From positions 2,120,422 through 2,184,421 of the forward strand of contig CM082597.2 of NCBI GenBank assembly GCA_040954595.2: a DNA stretch of 64,000 nt. Reading direction: 5' to 3'. The translations under genes were made by a program, and so were the position numbers. Below the pieces are notes generated by a model. It made no database searches, had not been told where the DNA came from, and saw only the letters and a program-made list of their open reading frames with translations. This stretch comes from Balanoglossus misakiensis (Eukaryota; Animalia; Hemichordata). Positions 33,891 to 48,414 of the stretch are shown here, in pieces; within the stretch, counting starts at the first letter, position 1, and the number at the start of each line of letters is the position of its first letter.

Positions 33891-35340
33891 TTACAGAGGA
33901 ACGAGTACGTTCTTCTGGAACTCCTCGGTCGACATGACGTTGCCCGCTGGCCAATACTCGCAGACGGCGAAGTAGTACGTGAACGGCTCCAGTGTTCGGC
34001 TCGTAGCGAAGGCACAGCCAACCTTGTTAGTGTCAGCCCAGACCAGCTGTGTAAAATGTCCTGGAACAGAAAGATAAATAGTGTTAGTCATTTTGATGGA
34101 TATTGTACATTTGAAGATGGGATATGCGCGAGGTTTGCTATCCAAGTCCACTTGGATAACTGTGTTATGCTGACTCTGTGGTAAACCCCACCAGATGGAA
34201 ATTTTACTGCTTTCTTGTTTCATGTGAAAGTTCATTATCTACATGTATAATTACCTGCTAGATCTTGATAGCCGGGACTTGCCCATCGATAATCAGTTAT
34301 TTCCCGGTACCAGTGGAGAGCGAATCCATAACCTTTGGGGAAAAGAAAAGGGGTGGTGTTGTGACGTAACAACATGTAAAACCGATAAGTGACAGTGAAG
34401 TAAACAATGTACACACATTTTTTCTGAAAGGTGAAGATGCAATATACTCACCTGTCTGTCCCTTTTCATTGGACAGACCGATGAAATCGATATTCTCGCC
34501 GTATTTCATGTCCGAATGATGGATCTCGAACCGCCCAGCGTTGTCAAGGGCAACAAGCTTGGCTGCCCGCGCCAATTCGTCGTCCCACTCCAGTGGTTGG
34601 ACGCCGTGCAGGCACCGGAAGTAGTTCTGAGCTTCCAGGATCTGGTCTTTGAGATCGGCCGGACCGGAGTTGCCGATGGTGTCGGGTTTTGTGCAGCCGT
34701 TGGAGTCAGTCTCTCCCCATCCTGTGGAATTGAAAATCAATTAGAGTTTAGTTGGATTACCAGGTCCGCTTTAGTCAAATTAGGTCAGTCCAAATGAGAT
34801 TACAGGGAGTTATTTGTACCACACTTTTGTTTTTCATCGTCAGCTTCGTCACAGACAATAAAGCCGTCACATATCAAATCTTCTGACATACAATAGCCAC
34901 TGTAATCTTCACATTGCCAAGGGTGGTCTGGGTGAACGTAGGCGCATTCGTCGGTGCCGTAGATAATGCCTTCATATTTCCCTCCTGAAAAATGAAAAAA
35001 AGGATATATCAAGAATCTCTCTCTCCCTCCCCCCTCTCTAATATGATTCATTTTTCTTTCGACATTTTCTTTGTACTCACCGCGTTTTGAAAGGTCTTCA
35101 ATGGGTCCTACATCAAAGTCCTTAAAAAGCATCGGGAGAAGACAAAAATATGAGTTTGCTTAGTTCACCGTGTAATTTAGTTCCATTTTTTTCGACGTCA
35201 AAATTTCCCCCTTACACATGCTTATACACCCCTCTCACATGTAGTAGTTTCACCTGTCTTACTAAACTTAAAAGGCTTACCTCATCAGCAGCCGACTTTC
35301 CGACGATAAAAACCAACAAAACTACCGCCAAACAATGCAT
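33891..35340 (-). CDS. Secreted LDLa-CAP protein, paralog 3 (single LDLa, short acidic propeptide ending in KR)
   Basis: Exons 35281-35340 (MHCLAVVLLVFIVGKSAADE), 35081-35120 (DFDVGPIEDLSKR), 34820-34984 (LDLa, CDGFIVCDEADDEKQKC), 34452-34721 (QNYFRCLHGVQPLEWD..HHSDMKYGEN), 34255-34332 (HWYREITDY) and 33891-34060 (GHFTQLVWADTNKVGCA..CEYWPAGN..NVLVPL*). TATATAAG at 35428-35435. Confidence 0.92.
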
Positions 35341-37615
35341 GTTTCCGAAAAGAATAGACTTTCACAAAATGCAATCTGCTCCGACTACTGAAGAAGACAC
35401 TTAACACCAGGCCAGAACAAATTATGTCTTATATAGTCACTGCACCCATACCTATTCATCAAATTGTCTTATTTATTAAAAGTGAAAAGAGACAAGCGAT
35501 CTGCACGATCATTTATTTTCGGACATCTGGAGGTATTTTGTCCGCACCTGTTTAATAGTTTATGCAAAAATATTCTCCCTAGCGGTGTAATGATTTATTT
35601 CCCTGTGCGTTTTAGAAGAAATTAAAAGCAATGCCTTTATACATGTATTTTTACATTTCGTTCCAGTGTATTGAAACAATGACAAGACTAGCTGATACAA
35701 GAAACTACAGTTGGCACACAGCTCAAAATACTGAAAAGACCAATTTGGAAACTTACAGATATCTCGGGGATACGCACAAGGAGAGCGCCTCAAGCGACGG
35801 TTTTCAGCAGTGCACAACATATGCTGGTAAGTACAATGTAGTCCGCTTCCACTAATCCATTAAATAAATTTCAAACAGTGGATTTATTTAGACGAATGCT
35901 ACAGCAGGTTATAATTCCAGTCTTCGACAAAATGATTTTATGTAACAAGAACTAAAAGACGTGAAGTACATGTCGTAGGTGATCTATTAGGTAAATCGTG
36001 AGGAAGGGACTAACAAACGAAAGAAACGGACACTAGGGTCGCTTGGAGAAGAGTATGTAGGATAACTATCTTAGGGGTGCTTCTGACCCACTTAACTCCG
36101 TCAGAGAATCCGATGACTTCATTGCGCAATCGCAGATTACAATTGTCACTAGTGCGTTTAACTATCAGCACGTAATATCTCGTCGAAGTAGACACCGTAT
36201 TGTCAATAACAATCGCCCTGTCAAATATTGAGGAAAAAATCGATCGACTTTACATCGATCGTTATTCGTATCACTGGATGTCTCCTGTAAACTAAAGTCT
36301 TGTTTTTGTGGACTTTGACTGCCATACATTTGAGGTCGTAGCGCAGTGAAGCCGCGGGATTTAGTGAGCTCATATAAAGTAATATAAAGTAATTCCAACG
36401 TCAAACTTTCCGAAATAATTCCATCATCACCACAATCTATCATTCTGTAAAATCAATCCAGGACGGGGTTCACATATGCTCCTCGACGAAATAATTTCAT
36501 AGCCCCTAACAACTCAACAAAACATTGCAGAACATTTAGTGTGAAATGACCCGTGTGTGTTAGCACATGGCCCACTGCCCCGGAGCCTAGGATTTCGTCT
36601 GTCGTCAGATGATGAACAAGTGATTGTTATTACTTTATGTCATGCAGTGCCCTGATCTCGCTGCAGTTTTATGACACGTGCTTTCAAAGACAGTGTAGTT
36701 ACACCTGGGATAAACGCTTGTGGTTTAGTAGTTTTCAGACTGCCTTGGTACAGGGACTATGTAATGTCAACATCGAAGTGTTTAACCTTGTCAAGGACGA
36801 TAACATACTTGTATTGAACTGCAAATTTAATTTCGCGGCATTAAGAGAGCAATATACCAAAATTCGCAATTGCCACAAATCTTGGTTAATGCTGACCGCT
36901 GTGGCATGCGTGCCACATGTGAGTCGCTTTTTGTAAATAATAATATAACCAGAAGGAAACGCCCAAATCATTGATCGTACAATTGTTCGAACTGCTGTAA
37001 TATTCTTGCATGGTTTATTGTTCGTGTTTTCCCCGCTGGGGGCCACAATTTCTGCATAGTAGTAAACACAAGAGGATAATTCCCGGATATTGCCGATTGC
37101 CAATTGAACCAATCGGATATTGTTAACCAACCGATCAGTATGTCCTAGTGGATCCTGTCCTGTCGTGACGCGATTTCGCCCATTGTCTGCCTCCCGGCTA
37201 TGTCCGACAGACCATTAAATACTTTACAGCAAGTTTATCTGGAAAATATTGCGATTTCCCATTGTTGATCGATACAAACACGGATGTACTCAATGGGTCT
37301 ACTTGAGCGTGTCGAGTCCGTGTTTAGTAATATTTGAAATTGGCCCTTGACTGGCGAAGATAAGACCAACCATATTTGACGATAAGGTTCTCGAACACAC
37401 GTACTGATCTCGATGATAAAATCCGTTTATTTTGCCGAAAATAACACGGCGCAGTGTCATGTATTGGGGAAAAATAAGAAATGTTATTTGTATATATAAA
37501 CAATGGCCTTAGTTACTACGCTAAATATTATAATACAACCACACGATTTGTCTCCAAAACCCCTCGCGAGCCACCGTCCGACGACCAGCATATCTGATTA
37601 CTCTGATCATTATGC

Positions 37616-37676
37616 TGACGTCATCATCCGGGATCCTGATATAGCTCTGTAGTCAGGGAAAATCGGGGACTTTCCC
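37616..37676. promoter_or_regulatory. CRE (TGACGTCA) plus consensus NF-kB site (GGGGACTTTCCC)
   Basis: Exact motifs at 37616-37623 and 37665-37676, in the intergenic region between CAP paralog 3 and the dispanin gene. Function unproven. Confidence 0.4.
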
Positions 37677-39419
37677 TCGCCGGGTTATTATAATGCGATA
37701 CAATATGATAGTGCCGATGGAACAGCTGCTGTTGCCTACACATATCAATTATTTAAAATAAAAATAATCTGCAATTGTATTCGGCATGGTACAAATATCA
37801 AGACATATTGGTTCCTTATTTTAAAAAAATCCGCTAACAGATATGTCAGATGCAGAAAGGGCATTTACTGGATAGATGTTCCCCGTTGCCATTGGCGACG
37901 AATTGAATTATATGTCAGCTTTACAAGAAAATATATCTCGCTGTTCTTCCTCTTAATAAATAATCCATCACGATTAATCCATACTCACTATAGACACTAA
38001 AATCGAAACCTACTAGTACTAAACCCCAATAAATTATGAAATGGCAAAAATGAAGAGTCGTGTGATATTAAAACTCGGAAATGATAAGCGAAATTCTGTG
38101 TTAGCCGGGAAATGAATTTAGCTATATTTTGCATTAAGTTCCGAATCGGAAATGTACATTGTGCATCATGATGTATGTCGTTGTGCCCCTATGGCTACTG
38201 AATTCTAGGGTGTGCTTCAAATCCAGTTAAAAGATTTTCTGAACTCCAGACGAATTAATGTCGTGGATATTCACGTGACATTTACGTTATGCTGAAACAA
38301 AACCCCTCAGTTTGTCTCGTGGTTATGAAGTCACATGTCTATTTTTGGTTAATGATATTATGCGTTACTGCAATTTCTAACTAGGCCATGCCGCAAATTT
38401 ATTGGTAAATGTATGACCGGTATTTTAAAAAATGTCCTTGCCCTTTGGTACCCTACAGTCTTTGGCAAACATTTTGGGCATCCCGGGGTCCCGATAGACA
38501 TTATCATTTATAATTTGCAGACATACAAAGATTAACTTTAGATACCAGCCGGTTGAAGTTTGAACTTTTCCCTGCTCACGTGTTTCCGATGGCAATTGTC
38601 CATAATTAATTAAGTCATGATAGTCAAGTTATTAACTCGGTGCTCTATTTAAGCACGCCCCATCGTGTGCGTTAATTCTCCAGTAAAGTTTGTTTTCGTA
38701 CATGTATTTAACCCTATCCTCTGACTATTAGATTCGACGAATTGTCTTGTGCAGCGCACTGTACATTTGTATTCATACAGTGGCCTTTTCTTCAGACGGT
38801 TCAGGGATTTTCACAACAATGCGACGTTCCGGGTTAGATCAGGACAATAGATAGATCCGGTACATCTTGTTACGTATTACAGACTGGTGTAATCGGCGAC
38901 AAGGCACCGATCGATTTAGCGGGTGACCCGAAGTTGCATGGGTCACCACTGGAGTGACCGTGGTTTAACCTTGCCGTGCAATGCTGTGGCAAGCTCGATT
39001 TTTTTTACCTTTCCTCCAGTTCAGTTGAAATCACCCTCCGAGTCGTGCGTATCGATTACAGATAAACACGATAACATGAAAATCAATCAGTCATAGCTGA
39101 TATATTTATAAGACTACCACACGACGGTATTCCGGGTGCACGGCGTTTCTACGAACGCCGGATGGAACCATTCATGCAAAGGGGTGGTCAGCCCGCGCGC
39201 TATTCCCGTGTTGTTTACCTGCCTCGATAGGAATTCGCATTACCATAATTTGTGGTATAAAGTGTTTGATCCCGGCACGTCGCTGAGTCAGACACGAAGC
39301 AAAGTTAGCGGCCGGGACACACGACGCACAGTCAGTACCACACCGCGGGTAATTTTGTCAACTACAACGGGTGATTCGTAGGACACGCGTGGTGTTACCA
39401 TCATCAGTACAGAATCATC

Positions 39420-42400
39420 ATGGCAGAAGGTGGCGCAACGAACAACGGTAAGTAGAAAATTTTGGCTTTTTTATTTCTTGAGATGTGCAAGTTTTGCTCT
39501 TATATTTGTCTCCGTTCCTCCAATGTGACAGTTGCGAAAAATGCGTGATTTTGTTGTCATGTCACAGAGTTCCCCTTTTCTCGGACTTGCAATCATCAAC
39601 TTAAAACAAATATTGTGCCAAGTTCCGAGCAAAAAACGTTCAACTCCCAGAGTCCAATTTGTTGCCATGACGTTTTCTTTATCGCGCCTTATTGTTGCCT
39701 TTCACATCCCCTTTTGTCTACTTTTGTCATTTTCACTACATAACTACCATAACTATGCGTAACTAATCACAACCATCCCGAAACAAAATAACGTCTCAAA
39801 CGTGTCATGTGTCATTTTGGATTTACTTGTGTGAAGTACGATTTTATCCATGATACACTGATTGACTTCATAGCAAAGAGGGACGCTTACGCGGAACTTA
39901 CGGGTGTCCAACTGAACCGAGGCAAATTGACGATAGAATGAAAATAATACAAAGTACTTCTATTGCGCTACATCCATGTAACGTATTATATAGGCCTAAA
40001 TCTTCAACCGCAGACTATATTGAAAACAGTTTCTTCGAGTGTTTGAAGTAGTACAAGGCCGACAACAAAACCTAACAACACATTTTGGAAGTATTCCAAA
40101 TATGAATCACCCAACAAAGCAAGAAAAAATAAAATTGCAAATTTATTATTGTGTTCATCGGAATAAGCGAGTAATTACGTACCAGAGTATAAACACAAAC
40201 GTAATCAATCACGTGGTTTGCCTAGCGGCGCAGGAATTTGTGGGAAGTTGCCAGACGTGGTCAGCTATGGTGGCTGCATTATGCGTTGAGAATACTGCGA
40301 ATTTACGAACGAATCCGGGATGAAATCCGGTATCCGGGTTCAATATCCTTGTTCATGCGATTGAACCGGAACGTTGTGGTTATTATGCCGGCACTGTCAA
40401 CTGCAGCGGTTGTCCGTCGTCATAGCAACGACGTTGGCGTAATTTACTGACTGCCACGATGCAGAAGGTGGATATATACTAGTTTTATCTGTCGCGGAAC
40501 GAAAATACTCGATACATTTCCAGCGCTTCTGATGGGATATTGTTATGTATTAAAAAGAGGCAAAACATCGTACCGAAACTGACATGCTTATTTTTGTAGA
40601 TATTAATATTATATCTAAATATAGTTCAAAACGGTGCGATGACGTCGTGCAAAATATCGCATTTCCCCTTATTTTCCCCAGTCGCCACACGCAAGCGCAG
40701 TACGTTACTTACTGCAGACCCGGACACGAGTTATTTGCATAAGAATACGCTTTGCCTAGGGTCCGCTGTTTGAACTCGCTTATCCGGTTCAGTCTCTTGT
40801 CAAGGTTGTCTATTGTCGCGCCGATAGGCTCGTTCCGAAAACATCCATTCCTATCTATGTGTTTCAGGTGGCACATTTACATAACTCTGTCAAATGACAG
40901 TATCACCTGTCGGTTATTAACACCCCGTATAGGAAACAATCGATGTCATCTGCCAGGCCGTATGGCGCCTCCACAAGCCAAAGATGTACATTGTACAAAC
41001 TTTCGTTTTCACTAACATAGTACAATCCTGTACAAAACGCAACCACTGGTTTGAAGAATTTTTCGGCTACATTCTGTGTGTGGACCATGTTTCAAACATA
41101 TATGTCTACTTTTGATTACATATCAGTCATTGTACTTGGTCCAACTCTCATGAAAATGGTGCCATCTATAACACTCGTAACTTTTCCCTATAGATTTTCC
41201 CCAAGAAACTGATGTGTTGTACTTTTCTTTGCTGTAGCTTTCGCGGAAGAGGAACAGGCACGACTCGATGCTCGAACACCGCCTCCCTCCTATCCGGGCA
41301 CCCCAAATAACTTCACACGCAAACTGCACCAAGAGAATGCAGAGGAAAAGACCGGACCGCCGCCGCAAGCACAGCCGGTCGTGATGCCCGAGAAGGCGGG
41401 ACCTCCAACATCATTTGTCGAGGTTCCTATGACCATGATGATACCTGGAGCACTTCAATATGGCGATCCTTACAAGGTATGGGGGCGATCTATAGTCTTG
41501 TTATTCTAACAGCTAACCCAGCACGTCTCCTCTTCTGGTAGGTTAATATTCCACCCCACCCCTGCTCCATACACTAGCTTTCGGCAAAATGTCAAAACAC
41601 CATGTGCATGAATATATTGTAGGATTAAATACATCCAGTTAGGTGTAGGCAGACCCGCTGATAAAAATTTCACATCTGTCTGTATGTCTGTCTGTCTGTC
41701 TATCTATCTGTCTGTCTGTCCGATTCCATAAAGTTTGCCTGTCTTAGTTGTCACCGTGATGTCTCTTGATTGAATGACACTGTCACAACAATACACAGAC
41801 AAACACACATGCAAACGAACCCACCAACACGCCCTGCTTGGCTGTAATAACCCACCCCGTCGTTGTAATGCATGTATGTAGAGGTAATCCAACTAGGCTA
41901 TATGTGTGTCCTTGGTTTCTGACAGATTCAGTTTCCGCAGGGCCAGAACGTCACCGTCATCGACAGCAAGGAGAGCGGGAAAGAACCAGTCAAGAAAGGG
42001 AAGCCGACATGCTGTGACATCTTCACTCTGATTGTGGCCATTGCAGCCTGTTTCATGTTCTTTCCACTCGGCATACCAGCTTTGGTTCTGTCTAGCCTGG
42101 TAAGAATTTAAGAATTCGGTGTATTATTGTTGTTGTTGTTAGTGTTGTTTTCATAATTAGTTTTATTCAAATTTGCATCGTTGTTGCAAAAGCAGTACGG
42201 TGCAATACAGTAAAATACAACGAGAGACAAAACAGATCATAAAACAATATTTATTTATTTATTCATGGATTGATTGATTGATTGATGTTTTGTATCTTCA
42301 ACCAGGCTATCCACCATAAGAAGAACAATCGCACTGAAAAGGGCAGCAAATTCACCAAGATCTCAATCGTCTTGTCCATCATCGCCATTTTCCTTTTCGT

Positions 42401-42614
42401 CGTCTTGGTGGCGACCTACGGCGCCCGCAAAGACGACAGCCTGGAAGACTGTGGCGACAACTGCAACTCCACTTCCGGTGGCAACAGCGCCCCCTTCTGG
42501 GACTCCGGCGAAAGCAAGAACGCCGCTACTGATCGTTACGACGACGATATGGATCCAGACAATGACGCCCACGAGGAGACCGATAACCACGCTGATAACA
42601 TAGAACCGTGGTAG
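39420..42614 (+). CDS. CD225/dispanin (IFITM/PRRT-like) membrane protein, 4 exons
   Basis: Exons 39420-39447 (MAEGGATNN), 41238-41476 (Pro-rich, PPPSYP), 41926-42099 (CCDIFTLIVAIAACFMFFPLGIPALVLSSL) and 42306-42614 (AIHHKKNNRTEKGSKFTKISIVLSIIAIFLFVVLV plus acidic tail). The two hydrophobic segments with C..FPLGI.AL fit the CD225 pattern. Confidence 0.8.
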
Positions 42615-45600
42615 GCAGCAGGAAGAAAAGAAGACGACAAATCGAAGTCCTACGCTTCACGCCCTCAGTGGCGGTTACGCACATAATCATGAATTGGACG
42701 TCAGTAGAGCTTTGCATATATCAGGTTGCTGGATTTTCTATTCTAGTTATGTTTATTTTATTCCTTCTTTTATTCGACGTGTTCTGAAATGTTATAAGCT
42801 TACAGTGACCAGATTTTAAAAAATCATACATATGTGCGCATTTCGAAAATTCTCGGCACATTTTCTGGAGAGGTTGAACTAATAACGTGACTATTTAGAA
42901 TATCACGTATAACGTACTAGAAAATTTTTAATATATTTTAAGAAAACAATATGAAATGAGAATTGAGGAATCGTCAATCGAAAATTGCAGTCAATTAACA
43001 AAAACGCACATATTCGTTCATATTAATCAAGTATGTAAATCAATACGCGAGAATGAGAGAGAGAGATATCATTTGACTGACCACCTCGCCACCTCTCTGG
43101 ATTATACCATTCTGATTTAGGGAGGGTCAAGGGGTACTAGGGTGAGTGTGCAAAGGGTAACAGTGTGATATATCGTGCTGTGTATTGTTTCAACCATATA
43201 TTTACCGTTTAGATTTTTGTGTGACGTAATAGTGCTCTCAAAATGCTGACTTAGTAATAAAATGGCTGCAGGGTTAATGCTAACTCAAGTTGGGCTTTAC
43301 TGCTGCGTACGGTGTGAGTCTCTTTCATTTTTAGACGCAACTGAAAATTCAACTAAAGCAAAAAATCTCGACCCATTGCCATGGCGACTAATTTTTTTAT
43401 ATAAAAAAATAAAATCCCAAATAACGAGAGTTAAGCGTTTCTTTTTGTATATAACATATTTTTTTAACATTTACAATGTGCTTTCTTCGACTTTTAGGGA
43501 TATTTAAATACCAAGTCACTAAATACCTTCTTACCCATTATTTACATGTTATTCGTTTTAACACACTTGGCTGTATGTGTATGCTATTGTCACGGTGTAA
43601 ATGATGATAATCACAGAAACTGAGTTTCAATAAAAACCTGTACATTGTACATAGATTAACTTACCCCTTGCCTCTCATGGTAAATATATGAATCCGCGTG
43701 TATTGTAGATGATCTCGTGGTAATTTCAGTTGAGACATAATTCACCCATAAACCAGTAGTGTCCTTGAAACACTTTTGTTTTGAACGACGTAACAAACAT
43801 AAAATTTCGACAAACGTCGAAATGCTTCGTTCAAGAGTGCAACGTGTCCTGGTGTAAACGAAGTAAATCATATATTGTGATACCAACCTGTTTGAGGGCG
43901 CTGACACCGTTGGCGAGTCTCTGGTATCAGGCAAAACAGCAGATTTTGAACAAATGGTATGCGTTCAAGTTAACTTTAGTCTTTATTTAAAAGGATGGCG
44001 TTTGTTACGTCTTCTGTGACAGAAGAATGGGGAGACTTTTCAAATGATGGAGGCATTCAACAAACAAATTATGGTCTTATTAAACCGATCGCGAGTATAT
44101 TAGTTTGCGTTCTTTGATCGCACTATTTATAGCCGACTTTGTTGGCGCAAGATTGTATTGATCATCGTGTTTCCGAACGACCACTAAATATTATAGACTC
44201 GCGGCAAACACAAGCGATCACACAAAACAATATTATTTCAAGGCCAACTATTATTAGACTATTATAACAACGAAAATACAAGGACGCGTTTTAGAAGCAG
44301 GAAATTTGCTTCTTTATAGAGCAGGAAGTCGTGAAATTCAAACCCCGGTTTGTCCACTGCGCAAGTGCAAGATCAACACTGCCTGCGCGCGCACTAAATC
44401 TTGAATCTGCCAAAACGAGTTAGCGAACGATTTCATTACATGATTACAGTCATCTGCAACTTAGGCAAGTCAAACGGAAAGTATGCCACGGCGACAGCGT
44501 AGTAAATTACCAATGTAGCGATATTTATGAACCATATTTTGCTGGCATGTTGCCAAATCTTAGAACTCCCTGTAAAAAAAGACCGATAGTCACCGAGCCC
44601 GTTCTGACGTCCGAACAAACTAACGAATGACGTAACGGGGTACATGTTGCACCGTTTCCCGGTGTTTACACTATAAAAGAGCTATACACATTTAGCAACC
44701 TTTAAATCTATAGAATTCTTGTAAAAATTATTAACTGCCTCATGTTGATCTACCAGTCGATGCGCCTGATTGTCGGGTATGTTTGAGTGAATATAAATAT
44801 TTCAATGCAAACCGGAAAAACTGCGGAGTGATAATTGATTTTCGCTGCTCGGCACGTAGAACTTGATACGGTCAAATTGACGCAGTTGTTGCCAGGGATT
44901 CGCCAACTCTCAGTTCGGAATGAATAGCGAGAGAAAGGCGATAATTTTGTGAGTTTTTTTGTAGCACGTTTTATATGAGCAGATCACTTGATGGCAATGA
45001 ACGCGTTTCAACAAAACGCGGACTCTTATTTTATGTGCATAGCGCGATGCATATACATAATGCATTAGAGGAACAGTAACCATGGGAATTATTAATTCTC
45101 CTTTCTAAATGTTTAATTATCGCCCCCTATTCCCACTTCGCACCGACGGATGACAGCTGCTAAATCTTGCAACTTAGGACACCCCTCTATAATTATCTAG
45201 CTAATCTAGCAAGAAATCTCGATTAATTTCGATAAAATTCGAAGATGGGCAAATCCATCATCGCCATGTTCCATTTGCAACAGATGCCTCCAGTTATCAT
45301 GGTCTCCCATGGCAACCGATCGAAGTTTCTGAAGCTAATAAGGTTGCCAGGAAACAGGAGGTGGTAGCGTATAGACCCACCAATGAAAAGCGTTGATTCG
45401 GTATGGCGTGTGCTTTTGATAAACAGACCCATATAACAATTTTCATGGGAGATAAAAATAACTAAACGTCCAAAGACAAGATCTTTATCCACTTAAAGCA
45501 TGTAATTAGAATTATACGTACAGTGGATCTTATCATCCCAACTGTTGCTAATCGTTGCTGATTGTCATCCCTTAATGGGTACAGCCGATCTCAATCTAGC

Positions 45601-48298
45601 GTGACCAATCATACACATAGCATCGACCATCGTTTGCTTTTACGTCACAGGCTTTCAAATGGCCAGTGTGACGTCATAACCACGAGTCTATTTTTAAAAC
45701 TATTGAGTTATTCGTGGCGTTGATCTGAAAGGGTAATTGGGTAAGATATTATAATCCACTCGATATATAGTTCATGGCATGGACACCAATATTTCAACAC
45801 GGTGAAGTATCGTTACCATTAGCAATTTGTTAGCTAGATATAATACAAACACGAGTGCCTCTCAATTTATTTTCTAACTTTCAAGATTGGCATATTCGTT
45901 CTCCAGTCCCTCATGCATATGCAAATAATTTAGTCACTTTGCTTGATTACGTGGGCACTTACGCTCGAAAAACTATAGCTATCGTAATGTATTCTATGCC
46001 AGTAAATATTGAATAAATTCACTGAGTGAATCTGTCATGGTCAGCTTCTAATCAGTCGAGATACAGAAATATCACGTTAACTGAAGATGCAGAATTATAT
46101 ACCGATGCCCTCGCCTACGTAAAACATGACCAATCAGTTACTCAATGGGGTGTATTTTGATTGAAAAACTGATTTTAAGTAAGATCACGTGCGTCAAATG
46201 CATGTTAACAGACATGAGTCACACAGATTGCAGCTACACTTCCAAACTAACAGGGACGTAAACAGGATGTGCTGTTTTAGCCTAGATAGTTTGTTCGACA
46301 GTTTTGATGTCAGTTGGGAAAGGGTGCTGCCAACTACTGTAGGGGTCCCCGCTTGAGTAAGAACAGTAATCTCCAGCAACCTGTGGACAATGTTTTGAGA
46401 ATTGATCCTTTTCTGTTTGAAACCAATCTGCAAACAGGTGTTTGAAGAAACGATCACGCACAAACGCAAACAGGTAGCGATCAGGCGTATTTGGATATTT
46501 TACGGATGTTATTTTAGGATAGGATATCGCTTACATAATGACTTTGTTGTGATTGTCAGCTTTCTAATTGTTTCGTCGACCTGATAATTAGCACACTTTG
46601 CATGACAATGGCCATTGGCTCTGGTTGATGTAACACTATGTGACCATCTCAGATAGTAATTTGTGGGTAATTTTCCGTCGTTATTTTTGAAAATATAGCG
46701 GTACCTTTGTGTTGCCAGAATCAATACAACATCAAGGCCTAGAATTAATTCTTTCTCTCAGAGCCACAGAAGTACATTTAACTAGATTCTTACATTTATG
46801 AAACTGTCACTTTTGTTATGTGTTTACTGATCGATTTCGATGTTCCATCAGTATGCCAAATTAAATTCGCCTATTAGGCAAGGAACACATTATCTGGAAC
46901 CGGTGGGAAATCACGTTGCAGGATAATTAAATTTGTGCCCGCCGATTACCGTGAATGAATTAACTCGACCATGTGCATGCAAGGAAAGTCGAATTTGTCG
47001 TAAACTATAGGGGAACAATTGGGAAACGTTGCAGATAGCAATTTGTTGGTTAGTTGTCGCGTGTTTTGAATGAAATATCGTCATGATGTTAATGGTCTGT
47101 GTCGGTGTTTTTGTTTGAAATCTATCTGCACTTGACCTCCGGGGTCAGGTTCATTTTCGGTTTGAGAAAAGTCACTGACTCGGAAGGGAGTAAAACATCA
47201 GCGCGCATCTCAACCGACCTTGCATCTGTGGCCCGCTATTAACTAACGCTTGTTCCGATCTACAATACTCTCTGCGCGTGTTCAGGGGTTAATCAAGAAG
47301 GACCCCCGAGAACCCAATTATTCTGATCTTTAAGAGATGATTATTTGACAAAAGTACGGGGAATGCATATTTCTTGCGGATTATTACTGGAATTTGAATC
47401 GAAATCCCACGAGGGAAATATTGGATAACAAGTACGCTGGTTGCAAAGTGAAGTACAATTTTTGCCTGTGAACATACGCGACTCGAATATGACATCTGAC
47501 ACATTGTGAATGAACGCATTTGAGGAATGTCTGCCCCCCCCCCCAACATTCTAGCTTTGGTTGTACAATGTCACTATAAAGACATGCACTCCAGATTAGT
47601 CCTGTGTTACATGTATTCCACAGACAAGCAAATGTACCATACTATAAACTGCCGCAGGTCAAAAAGAATGTGTATATCACGAAACTAGACGTAGAGTAAT
47701 TTCGCTTTATGTTCGCAAAATATTGCTGGCAGCTCAATCATTTTTATTGTACGTTTGTTTTCCAGAAAGACGACGTCGTCAATCACAAATAATACTGCTA
47801 ACTGCTCTTGTGTCGTATTTTCGGTGGTTAGGGAAGCCCAGTTGAAACGGAATGATACATTCTAGCTGGTTTTGGGGCTCCAGGGAATTTTATTGCAGTG
47901 GGGAAAACTGGAGTCATAATTCATTACATAATTTTAAAGTAAGATTTGTTTCATAGCGAACCATTATAACAGCGCCTGGAGGTGAAATACTCGTGTACTC
48001 CGACGCTAAAATTCCCCTTCTCGTCACAGACAAAAATCTTTTCTTTCACTGTGTTCTCGTTCAGAAAATAGCGTCACGTAGACTGGTTCAGGGAGTTTTT
48101 CCCGCGCGTTCCACCGGAAACAATTAGCATAAAAATGCAACTTCCAAAACCTAGGGTGTCCGACGACACAAACCACGTTTGACGAGTAGGCGTTCCCGCG
48201 CAAAGTATTGAGTCCTGCCCCCGCGCTCAGACAGCGTCCAATTGCCGGTCGTCTGCATAACAACACACTCTGTCGGCGTTGCTCATTTGTCGAGAAGG

Positions 48299-48306
48299 TA
48301 TATAAA
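48299..48306 (+). promoter_or_regulatory. TATA box (TATATAAA)
   Basis: About 110 nt upstream of the signal-peptide ATG at 48415. Confidence 0.6.
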
Positions 48307-48414
48307 TCCGTCAGGTTGGGGCTCGAAACATTCAGAAACGGAGCTACAGCCGAAAGGAACACTTATTTACCCAAAAGCCAAGATTCGGAGATCGCTGCGT
48401 GCACGGCCGTGACA

